Shown piece by piece: positions 27,818 through 40,676 of a DNA stretch of 64,000 nt; the first letter of the stretch is position 1, and each line of letters opens with the position of its first letter. Source of the DNA: the human T2T-CHM13v2.0 reference genome, Homo sapiens; assembly GCF_009914755.1 (NCBI RefSeq), contig NC_060947.1. The stretch is one strand, 5' to 3'. The notes beneath the pieces are model-generated. The model was not told the DNA's origin. It worked only from the letters and a program-made list of their open reading frames with translations, and searched no databases. The translations under genes were made by a program, and so were the position numbers.

Positions 27818-28023
27818 CAGGTTTTCTCAACCTTGGCACTATTGAATTTTGGGTGGCATACTGCATCGCTGTAGGGGCTGTCCTGTGAAGTGTGTTTTTC
27901 AGCATCTCTGGCACTTATCCACTAGATGCCAGTAGCAGCCTCCAAGTTGTAACAACCAAAAGTGTCTCTACACACTGCCCTGTTTCCCTGTGGTGTAATC
28001 TCCAATACGAATGAGAATCACTG
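27818..28023 (-). mobile_element. MER20
   Basis: tttctcaaccttggcactattga...ccactagatgccagtagca...gagaatcactg. Confidence 0.9.
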
Positions 28024-28105
28024 CTTTAGCTGTTTTCTGAGGTTCAGCATGTTTGAATATATGGAAACAAAGTGAATTCGTGCCCCCAGTGATGAAGTGA
28101 CCAGG

Positions 28106-28689
28106 GAGACCATGGGGCAGGAAGTAATTCATCAACTAATTTTTCAGTATAGGCAAAATGGGTCGATTTGGGGAAAAGGGATGCCTGCTTAAAAAACATG
28201 CATCCACAATAAAGAGAAAAATATGGTCTGTAACTTTTAAGAGATTGATTTATACTCCACTTGGGTAGATGGTAGATATATATCAGAACACTGTACGGTT
28301 AAACCTCTCTTATTCATTTTGGATTTAAAAGCACATGATTTGTAAACAGACTTCTAGAATTTAATCTGATTTCTATCCACTTCTACCTACAAATCTGAGG
28401 AGTGAGAAGACTTTTTCTGGAGATGATGTTTATCAGACCATGATAAGGAGAGCAAATAGCTGTGATTAACCAAGGGCCAACAGTTAGCTCTGGGAAGAAT
28501 GGTCTTGGACGTAACTATTCCAACCACAAATAATACTTGCTTCATTGTCATAATATTGGGATATTAATTTTCTCTTCTTTGAGCACGCTTTTTTTTTTTT
28601 TTTAGGCAGGCATCCCTTTTCCCCAAATTGATTCATTTTCTCTACACTGAAACATTCGTTGATGAATTACTTCCTGCCCCCGTGGTCTC
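28106..28689. repeat. Inverted repeat, ~100-bp arms (28106-28201, 28583-28689), 381-bp spacer
   Basis: Manual alignment: ~10 substitutions and 1 indel over ~85 bp, plus A/T tracts of different length. Confidence 0.92.
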
Positions 28690-29550
28690 ACAATTCAAAT
28701 TTCTGCGCTTTGGCCTATGATGAGAAGTAAGAGTTTTCACTTGTCCATCTGAGAAGCCACATCTCTTCTTGCCATTCTGATTTATGAAAATCCCCAACAT
28801 GAAGAAGACTAAACTGGCTGGGAGACTTCTTACTACGTGCTGTTTATAAACTGAGGCTGCAGGCATTTGAGCATAAGGCCACTCTGTTCATTTTATTGAA
28901 TTTATCGGACTTCCCGAGCTCCTACTTTTCATGGTGGAAGCCCAGTCGTCATATCGCAGGTGGAAGGAAAACATTTTATGGACAGGAATAATGACTTAAA
29001 ATCTGAACCCAGTGACCTGCTTGACTCGAGACTGGAGGAAGGTCAGACACACTTTCTTCTTATTTAGCTTCTCTGATCAGCAAGGCTGACAGGTCACTTG
29101 TGAACTGTGGCTCTTACCTAGTTGTTACGGCCTGGCCACGTCAGGAGGTTATGGGGGAAGTTAACTATAATCAGCATCACTTGTCTTCGATAACCACTTA
29201 AGAGACTTTGAGTTTTACTTTCTGGTACACAGCCGGAAACTTAATTAGTCTTTTATTTGAAAACATTATAATAAAATTAAGCAATAAATGTGTCACAAAT
29301 GACTTTGTAAGTTAAAAACTAAGAGGTTCTTGAAAACTTTATGAGAAGGAAGATGGACAAAAGTGGGAAATGCAGATATGTATCTGAATCCTTAAATGTA
29401 GGTGATGAGGGCAGAGTGATGAGGGCAGGTAGGTTTGAGTAAAATATAAGAGATTGTAATAATATAAGTATATTATAGTCAAATGTAATACTGCAAAATA
29501 GTATAACATAATACCATATATAATAATATAGTATAATATAATATAATGTA

Positions 29551-30693
29551 AATTCAACTATATTGTTAAAAGCTGATATCTTGGCAGGCAATTATCTAGG
29601 TACTAAAGGTAAAAGAATAAACTAGAAAGACAAAAATCTCATCGCACATCATTAGTATAATACATACTATATACTATCATTAGTATAATACATACAACAT
29701 ACTATATTATTATAATACAGTATATAGTACATATTTTATATAATATTATATAATTATATATTATTATTATATAATATATATAAATAATATAATAATATAT
29801 AGTATAATGTAGCATAATATATAGTATATATAGCATATACTCTACCATATTATTATAGTATATGCTATATATACTATACTATATATACTATACTATGGCA
29901 AAACCCTGTCTTTACAAAAACTATATACTATATTGTAATATATATTATATATTATATATTATGCTATATATGCCATACAGTGTACATAGCATATACTACA
30001 TAATATTTAGCAATAATATGATCACCTTTGTAATCCCAGCACTTTGGGAGGCAGAGGCTAGAGATAGATATACATTATATTATATATATATTATATATTA
30101 TATAGTATATAGTATATATAATATAATAGCATATATGATATATAATATATTATATATTATATATAATATATAACATAATAGTATATATAATATATAAATT
30201 TATAAATAATATATTATTATTTAGTATATGCTATGTATACTATATTATAATAATATAGTATAATATATAGGCTTATAATAATATAGTATAATATATAGTA
30301 TATTATAATAATATAGTATAATATATAGTATATTATAATAATATAGTATAATATATAGTATATTATAATAATATAGTATAATATATAGTATATTATAATA
30401 ATATAGTATAATATATAGTATATTATAATAATATAGTATAATATATAGTATATTATAATAATATAGTATAATATATAGTATATTATAATAATATAGTATA
30501 ATATATAGTATATTATAATAATATAGTATAATATATAGTATATTATAATAATATAGCATAATATATAGTATATTATAATAATATAGTATAATATAGTATA
30601 AATTTGGCTATATTGTTAAATGCTGATATTTTGACAGGCAATTATACAGGCACTAAAGATAAAAGAATAAAGTAAGAAGACAAAAATCTCATC
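29551..30693. repeat. 93-bp direct repeat pair (29551-29643, 30601-30693) enclosing ~1 kb of AT-rich DNA
   Basis: 13 mismatches in 93 bp by hand, no gaps. Confidence 0.9.
30241..30600. repeat. 30-bp VNTR TATTATAATAATATAGTATAATATATAGTA, ~12 copies
   Basis: Eight identical units at 30301-30540 plus variant flanking units. Confidence 0.97.
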
Positions 30694-30989
30694 ACTCAAC
30701 ATTAACTTCTGGATTTCATAAGAAACAATAAAAGTAGATATATTAAATGATTGACTGCCATATGCTAGAAAGTGATAAATGCACAAAAGAGAAAAAGCAA
30801 AGAAGGATAAAAGGATTTTGAGTGCAGAAGAGCATAGAATTTTGTAATATGAAATAATGTCCTCTGCAATTCTTTATGTCTCTAGGAGATTTTTTGAATT
30901 GTTTGCTTGAAACGCGTTTGTTTGTGAGCAGTTCTTGTTGATGTTTGCATGTACTAGATCTGCACTATATACAAGAAATGCAGAGATGA

Positions 30990-31490
<501 letters not shown>

Positions 31491-31789
31491 TAATAAAATG
31501 CAGAAGATTCCATTCCAGAAAAAATACACTCCAAAAAGAAAGAAAGAAAGGAAGAAAGGCATTTTAGAGAGTTGGTTGGATGCCCTGGGCTTTCTTGACT
31601 TTGGATCAGAAGACAGGTAGAGGGTGCTGGAGGTCTGTTGATGTCGTGGCTAAGTTCTAAATGTCTTTCAGGACAAATAGGGAAAAAAGCCAGGATGCAG
31701 TGTAAAACCAATATCTGTGATGAAAACGGTTCTCACAACCCTGAGAAAGGGGGCAAAAAATCAAAATAGAGTTTGATTTGAAAATAGCA

Positions 31790-32190
31790 TGAAAACATTG
31801 TTTCATTCTAAGTGAAAGAAGCCAGACAGAAAAGGTCAGATATTACATGATTCCTTTTATAAAAACTCTCCAGAATAGGTAAATTCATACAGTCAGGAAG
31901 AGGTTTGGTGGTTGCCTGGATAATTGCCTGTCAAAATATCAGCATTAAACAATATAGTCAAATTTATATTATATCATATTATTATAATATAGTATACAGG
32001 GGCTGAGGGAGAGGTTATTGGGAAGTGGCTACTTAATGGGCTCAGGGTTTTCTTTTGGGGTGATAAAAATATTTTGGAACTAGACAGAGGTGATTGTGCA
32101 ACATTGTAAATGTTCTAAATGTCACTGAACTATACACTTTAAAATATTTAATTTTATGACAGTGAGTTTCACCTCAAAAATAATTTTGAA
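31790..32190 (+). mobile_element. L1MB 3' end, interrupted at 31917-31997
   Basis: ctaagtgaaagaagccagac...ggtggttgcc | aggggctg...ttttggggtgataaaaat...cactgaactatacactttaaa. Confidence 0.85.
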
Positions 32191-32371
32191 AAAGGAGGCA
32201 AACACATCTTTTTTGAGCTGCACAGGTGCTACGATTTTAAGCATGACGTGATGCTACAGAGAGAGGAAAATCAAAAACCAGCTTCACAATGAGGACTCAA
32301 AGAAAAGTGTGCTGTGTGGAAGGCTGAAAGTGAGACACTGCAACTGCGATGTCATTACAAGACGTGGTTTT

Positions 32372-32866
32372 TGCTCTTTTTTATGGCTGTGTAGTATTCC
32401 ATGGTGTATGTGCACCACATTTTCTTTATCCAATCCGCCTTTGATGGGCATCTAGGTTGATTCCATGTCTTTGCTATCCTGTCCTTTGCAGCACCATGGA
32501 TGGAGCTGGAGGCCAGGGTGCGTCTCCATGTGCAGGTTTCTTAGACCCCTGAAACTGAAATAAAATTACAAAAAAAGACCTGGTTTTCGACCTGGAGTGG
32601 GTGGGCAGGGGCAACCACATTAGGCAAGCATGGAGATGGGGAATACAAATTGAGCTGTCCATGTTCTCACTTATAAGTGGGAGCTAAACATTGAGTACAT
32701 ATGGAAAAAAAGAGGGGAACAACAGATGCTGGGGACTAGTTGAGGGTGGAGGGAGGAAGAAGGGTAAGAATAAAAAAATGCCTATTGAGTACTATACTTA
32801 TTACCTGGGTCATGAAATAATCTGTACATCAAGCCCCTGTGACACTCAATTTACCTATCTAAGAAA
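32372..32866 (+). mobile_element. Rearranged L1PA15/16-like 3' end
   Basis: Inverted piece 32372-32477; sense piece 32476-32515; terminus and tail ~32545-32576; displaced middle 32660-32866. Confidence 0.8.
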
Positions 32867-33464
32867 TTCTTACCCTTCTTCCTCTCCTCAACTAGTCTGG
32901 CAACTTCACATGGGAAGTGGTTTGGGGCTCAGCTGAAGGAACATGAAAGAGGCTTTTATAGGATGAAGGCAGGAGCGGAGCATTAAAAAAAATGTGATTG
33001 GTTAAAGCTGAAGCATTGACCTTATTTGGACTATCTCTGTAGAAAGTTTGAGACAATATAACCAGTGCTCAGCTGGCCATTTATGACTGGCTGAGCTAAA
33101 GTTTTGTTTTCCTATAAATTAGCCACTTAGAGGAAATGAACAATTACAACAAATATATAAATCTACATCTGACAAATTATGAAAAGAAATGTCTAAATCC
33201 ACGTCTGACCTAGAAAATTTCCAAATGAAGGATGAAAGCTTTTGGTTTGCTTCCATAGAACCTAGTGCATCAGAACCATTTCAGTTTAATAACCTCTCAT
33301 TTAGCTGTTTTAATGCTCCCCATCAACACAAAACAGTGAATAAGAAATGCAAAGTCTATAAATAAGTATAATTCTAGGAATGACAGCATCAAAAATCAGT
33401 GTTGAGACCTAAAATAACTCAAGGCAAAGAGATCTTCTTATTAAAAATATTGAAGAAGTCCTTA

Positions 33465-33837
<373 letters not shown>

Positions 33838-34219
33838 TTAAATTAAGCAGAACTGATGGTTATGGAAATTCTTGTGAAGTAAAAATGCAGTCATTTATAT
33901 AAAACCATATATATATTCAAAACAAATTCTACATCAGATATAACTGAAGCAAAAACTAGTGAATTAGAAGATATTCCTAAGAAAGAGACTCAAGGGATAC
34001 CACAAAAAAGACACAGAAGTTAAAATATGAAACAGTGAATTCAAGAAATGGTGAGGAAATTGAGTTTCCATGATCTATATAAATATTTGAAATTTCCAAA
34101 ATGATGAAATGAATGTGACAAGGCAATGTTTAGAAATATAATTACTAATAATCTTCTAGAATTGAAGAAAGGTCCAAAATTCAGATTAAAAGTGAAATGA
34201 GTCAGGAACAAAGTTTAAA

Positions 34220-34600
34220 CGCTGCATGTTCGCACTCATATGTGGAAGCTAAAAAAAGTTGCTCTCATAGAAGTGGAAAGTAGAAGAGATGATAGTGAGG
34301 CCAGGAGGGTAGGGGGACGAAGGGAATTGGGAGAGATTTGTTGAAGAATACAAAACTACATCCAGATAGGAGGAATAAGTTCTAGTGTTCTATACCACAG
34401 CAGGGTGACTATAGTTAACAATCATATATTATGTAGTTCCAAATAGTTACAAGGATGTTTTCAACACAAAGAATAATCAATAAATTTTGAGATGATGGAT
34501 TTGCTAATTATCCTAGACTAATCACTAGACGTTGTATGTATCAAAACATCACTGTGTGCCCCAGAAACATGTACAATTATTATATGTCAATTTTTAAAAG
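34220..34600 (+). mobile_element. L1MA 3' end
   Basis: catatgtggaagctaaaaaa...gataggaggaataagttctagtgttctata...tgtcaattttt. Confidence 0.9.
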
Positions 34601-35898
34601 TATTCAGCAGTTTTCAAATAGGTAAATTCACATGTAGAGATTATGTGGTGAAACTGTAGATTAAGACAAAATAAAGACTCATTTATGTATATATATATAA
34701 TATATGTATATATGTTATATATATGTATATATAGGAATTTAACATGATCTTTAATAAAAGACTAAATTATTTGAATATATAACTTATAGAAAAGATAAAT
34801 TTCTGTAATTTCATATAATTGTGGAATTCTCCATATGGAGAGAAGAATATGAGAAACAATGACATGTCTATAAGTTTATAAAATATATCTTAGAATTTAA
34901 TAAAGTTTCAAATACAGAATGGGCCACCTTTTGAGTTGTAAGAACAATGGAGAGTTCCATCATTCGTTAGTTATCGTAAGAGATCCATAATAGTCAAGAG
35001 TATTCTAGAAATAACTTATTTACATGATATTAAAATCATATCCATTTCAATATTTACAATAAAATGTAATGGTACCTGCCAAAAGAATAAAAATAAAACA
35101 TATAGATTCCAAAGAAGCAGGAAAGAAAAAAAGCAACAACAAAAAATTAATCCAAAAGAAAGAAGAGTAGTAGGAAGAAAAGGAGAAGCAAAAAGAGAGT
35201 AAAAAACACAAAATAAAAATAATCGTTAGAAATTATTCAAAGTAATGAATAATTAGCACATGGCTGTATGTGTGTGTCTGTGTGTTTGCATGTGGTGTGT
35301 GTTTGCATGTATGTGTGTGTTCATATGTATTATATTCACCTATTCGAAAGTAAAGATTGACAAGTTGAATTCAAATTCTTCAGAAATATGTTGCACACAG
35401 GAGGAGCACACACAGAAATGCCACCTAGAAAATATCCAACTGAAGGATGAAAAAACCTCTGTGTTGCGTGAACTATAAAATGCTGGTTAAGATTTGAAGA
35501 AAATTCTCTCTCTTACACTGCTGAGAGAAGCAAAAATTCGTATGACCCATTGGGGAATAATTGAGCAATGTCTAGTGAATTTTCTATGCCTATGCCTTAA
35601 GCCTTTTGAATGTTTACATAAAGTGCTATATAAAAGGAAAGTCAGTGTAGCGCTGTCTGTAATAGTAAACGATTGGAAGTAATCCAAGTGCAGGGTGGCA
35701 CAACAAAATTATACCAGTTATATTTACTTTAAAACCTGCTAAATAGTGCTATTGATTACTACCAGATACATGCATAAGTAACAGTATTTAAAAAAAATTC
35801 TGTGTTCAAGATGAACAACAAAATTACAGTAAGCTGTACTTTTAAAAATAAAAACAAAGCAGAATTGGATCAGATGATTGTTTACAGAGAACTTTACC

Positions 35899-35903
<5 letters not shown>

Positions 35904-35944
<41 letters not shown>
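35904..35944. repeat. (AC)20 microsatellite
   Basis: Direct inspection. Confidence 0.97.
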
Positions 35945-35947
<3 letters not shown>

Positions 35948-36540
35948 AACAAGGGGAAAATAAAAAGGATTGAGAAGGAAAGAAAAGCAAGACAGTCTGA
36001 CTAAGAAATGAATAAATATAATCTTGGGTGATGGTCATACACCTTGGCAGGTTTCCTATGTCTGGTTTGAAAGCAAAGCCAATTCAGAGTGCATGACTTT
36101 ACTATGATATAGTCCAATGTAGAACAGAGGTAAGCTCTTTTGGACATTTCTTGGATCTCTGTAAGCCTGGGCATGCACCTTGCTAAGGCAAGCCAGGAAT
36201 GTGGAATTTTTGGATGTTTCTCTTTTCAGTCATTAAAATCCTAAGGAAACAGAATTAACTATGAAGTGTGGCTGATTGGTTTTTGTTTGAAGATACTGAT
36301 TCTAAATATCTTCCTTTATGGATGTAATAAGCCCTGATCTAATTTAATTGGTGAAAGAGAACAGATTTCTTAAGCTTGTTAGGTAATTATGGCCATAATA
36401 TATCTAAAATATACAAAGAAAATAAAATTCAAGAGGAAATTGGTTTGGAAAGGCTGTTGGAAAAAATGTGACTGGTACATATGGATAATACCTTTTACAG
36501 GAAGATCACCTGGAAAAAACACAAACAAAAGTGCAATGTG

Positions 36541-36868
<328 letters not shown>

Positions 36869-37551
36869 TTATTTTACAGTAAAGGAAATAAAATTAATTT
36901 AAAACTGGAAACACTGCAACTCTATAGTGATCGCAAAAACGAAAACAAAACTTGCTCTCTATGAGCTGGGGAGTAAAGTGAGACATTCCAATCATTGCTG
37001 GTAGGAGGGGTAAAATGCTATTATTATTTTTGAAAAAAATGGTATGGCAAGGAATAAGCATTAATTGCTGTAAAAAGTGCTATGAAATATAGCCTAAAGG
37101 AAGCATACAGAATGCAAAATAAATTTCATTATTCACAAATATATTTATTGCTGATTAAAATAATAATAATAAAAACCCACATTGAAAATAATATGAGTGA
37201 GAGAACTGTGATCCATCATTACTGAATGTGATTTTTTTCCAACTTTATTCTGAGTTTCTGGCCAGGTTGGCTAGAGTGTTTTTCTGCAAGAAAGAGATAA
37301 TTTAAATTCTTTTTATTTTTAAATTATAGACTATTGAATATACATGAAATTAGAGATAATAATATGATGAGATCCCATGAATCACTCAGTTTTAGTGATT
37401 AACCTTTTCTTGGACATCTTATTATTATCATTATTTTTACCCCAGACTCTCTCACTTCTGACAATTTCCGGCATTGTAGTATTTGAAACAAAGCCCAGGC
37501 ATAACATCATTTCATCTGTAAACGGTTCTTCTGCTAATATGTCAGTATAGC

Positions 37552-38197
37552 TTTTTTTTCTCTTTTTTTTAAATTTCAATTTTTGTTGGAGTACAGGTGG
37601 TGTTTGGTTACATGGATACCTTCTTTGGTGGTAATTTCTGAGATTTTTGGTGCACCTGTCACCTGAGCAGTGTACACTGTACCCAATATGTAGTCTTTTA
37701 TCCCTCGCCCCCTCCCACTCTTCCCCCGAGTCCCTGAAGTTCATTGTATCGTTCTTATGCCCTTATATCATCATAGCTTAGCTCCCACTTATAAGTGAGA
37801 ACATATCAATGTTTGGTTTTCCTATTCCTGAGCTACTTTACTTAGAATAACGGCCTCTAGCTCCATCCAAATTGCTGCAAAAGACATTATTTCATCCCTT
37901 TTTATGGCTGAGTAGTATTCCATAGTGTATATGTACCACATTTTGTCTACCCACTCATTGGTTGATGGGCACTTAGGTTGGTTCCCTATTGCAAATTTTG
38001 CTGCTATAAACACGTGTGTTCAAGTGTCTTTTTCATATAATGACTTATTTTCCACTGGGTAAATACCCAGGAGTGGGATTGATGGATCTAATGGTAGATC
38101 TACTTTTAGTTCTTTAAGGAATGTTCATCCTATTTTCCATAGCGGTTGTAACAGTTTACATTCCCACTTGCAGTGTAAAAGTGTTCCCTTTTCCCAT
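37552..38197 (-). mobile_element. L1PB (PB1/2-like) 3' end
   Basis: gtacaggtggtgtttggttacatggata...cagtgtacactgtacccaat...gtgtaaaagtgttccctttt. Confidence 0.92.
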
Positions 38198-38537
38198 CAG
38201 TGTTATTTCTAATGAATAGCTCTGTATATAACACAACCTCTGTACCATGGTCCCAGCTGAAATAAGTCTTACCCCTCCATAGTTATAGTTTTCAGAGAGG
38301 ACAGAGACTTAGAAGGTGGTGAATCTGCTATGAAGACTTGACCACACAGGATCTGGGGCCAATGAATCTCCTGGATTCTTTGCTAAGCTCTATCTGGGGT
38401 GGAGGCAGCTCTGTTCATTCCCTGTTCCTCTCTCTAAGACTGTGGACTTTCTCAAAGACAATTCCTTTCCAGAGTCTGAGTGCCAGAGGTAAAACCATTT
38501 GGCAAAGCCTGCCCTTCTAGAAATTGCCCTCCTTGAA

Positions 38538-38700
38538 GCTTGGCATGGTGGTGTACACCTGTGATCCCAGATACTCAGGAAGCTGAGGTGGGAGAATCAC
38601 CTGAACCTAGGAGGTCAAGGCTGCAGTGAGACATGAACACACCACTGCACTCCAGCCTGGGTGACAAAGTGAGATCTTGTCTCAAAAAAAAAAAAAAAAA
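38538..38700 (+). mobile_element. Alu right monomer (FRAM or truncated AluJ)
   Basis: Single arm with A tail and decayed TSD attgccctccttg/attgctttccttg. Confidence 0.9.
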
Positions 38701-39004
38701 TAGATTGCTTTCCTTGTATTATTGTTCAACACATAACAGTTTAAAAACTTAAATCAAAGCACAATAGAATGAGAATAATGTAAATGGTGCACACAGCTTA
38801 AGAAAGCCATCAATTCCTAGACGCACTGTCCACAGTTTGGGTTTAATTTGGTAAAACAACAACAACAAATAAAAACAAAAAACAAAAAAAACCCTCAAGA
38901 ATGTCTTGTTGTTGATGCTCAGGCTGGCAGGAGACATTCTGCTTGAGGTTTTAAAGAAAATGGGCATCAGTGATGTTTGCCCAAGCAGCTACCTAAAGAA
39001 ATAT

Positions 39005-39797
39005 AGGGAGAGATTGGATAAAGGATACAAAACTACAGTTAGATAGAATGAATAAGTTCTGGTGTTCTATACCAGGAGTCAGGAACAGGCCACACAGCAG
39101 CCAGTAAAACTTTATCTGTCTTTACGGCCACTCCCCATTGCTCACATTACTGCCTGAGATCCGCCTCCTGTCAGATCAGTAACCACATTAGAGTCTCATA
39201 GGAGTGCGAACCATATTGTGAACTGCACATGCAAGGGATCTAGTTTGCACACTCCTTATGAGAATCTAATGCCTGATGATCTGTCACTGTCTCCCATCAC
39301 CCTCCAGATGGGACCATCTAGTTGCAGGAAAACAAGCTCAGGGCTCCCACTGATTCCACATGATGGTGAGTTGTACAATTATTTTATTATACATTACAAT
39401 ATAATAATAAAAATAAAGTGCACAGCAAATGTAATGTGCTTGAATCCCCAAACTATCAATCCCCAAACTCTCTCTCCCATCCCCACTGTCCACCCCAACC
39501 CCTCAACACCCTGGTCTGTGGAAAAATTGTCTTCCATGAAACCAGTCCCTGTGCCAAAAAGGTTGTGAACTGCTGTTCTATACCACTGTGGGATGACTAT
39601 GGTTAACAATAATATGTTATATAGTTTGAAATAACTAGAAGGAATTTTCCCAATACAAAGAAATGATAAATGAGATGATGGATATGCCAATTACCTGATA
39701 TGATCACTGTACAACATAGGTATCAAAACATCACTATTACCCCATAAACACATCCAATTTTTATATGTCAATTTTAGAAATTTAAAAGTTTAAAAAA
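39005..39797 (+). mobile_element. L1MA 3' end split by MER1A
   Basis: aaggatacaaaactacagttagatagaatgaataagttctggtgttctatac | cactgtgggatgactatggttaacaat. Confidence 0.88.
39073..39575 (+). mobile_element. MER1A with small 5' deletions
   Basis: Homologous to 6587-7112; perfect 8-bp TSD ttctatac. Confidence 0.93.
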
Positions 39798-40430
39798 AGA
39801 GAGAGAAAAAGACACTACTTTGTTTTTCTTGCAGTTCCATGTCTAATTCCCATTTTATTCCAACCAGTTTGGCAGTCTTCTTCTGTCACAGTTTATATAG
39901 GGATGTCAGCAGATTCTTAGAATAACTACTTAAAATTGTTTAATCATCCCTTTTAAAATACAAGCAATTCAATTGCTATTTTTATTTAGATCTGTAATTG
40001 CTACAAGGCATTTAGAGTTCTGATGTGTAGATGTAGTTACACGTTTTGCCTTCTCCAGCTAGAACACTAGAGGGCATAAGACCAGGAAGATTGACTGGCG
40101 CCAACATGTGAGGGAGATGGCTACTTGGCCTTGGCTGAGAGCTATGAAAGGGAGAGAGACAGAGAAAGTTGGTAAGAATAAATTATCCGAGGCTTTGAGC
40201 TGGGAGGTGACGTTGTCAAGATAGTATTTTAGAATCATACAGGGCAAAGGTCTGCCTGTTTCTTTTCCTAGTCTCAGGAAAAGGTTAACAAGATATCCAT
40301 CAAAGAAAGAAATAGAACATTAACACAATTGCCTTTTGTTTTGTATTTAAAATCTTAGCCTTCTTGTTTTAGACTAAAGTAATGATCAGGTTTAAACAAA
40401 TAAATCATGACCATTGTATTGAAAGAGGAT

Positions 40431-40480
40431 CTTCCTTCCTTCCTTCCTTCCTTCCTTCCTTCCTTCCTTCCTTCCTTCCT

Positions 40481-40543
<63 letters not shown>

Positions 40544-40676
40544 CTTTCTTTCCTTCTTTCTTTCCTTCCTTCCTACCTTCCTCCCTCCCTTCTCCTTCCT
40601 TCCTTTCCTCATTTTTCCTTCCTTCCTCCTTTTTTCCTCCTTCCTTTCTTTCTTTCTCTCTCTCTCTCTTTTTCTT
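40431..40676. repeat. Compound (TTCC)12/(TTTC)n polypyrimidine tract
   Basis: Direct inspection. Confidence 0.97.

Noticed and set aside
32940-33135. Possible ancient LTR fragment with gattgg boxes
   Set aside because: Too diverged to assign a family by eye
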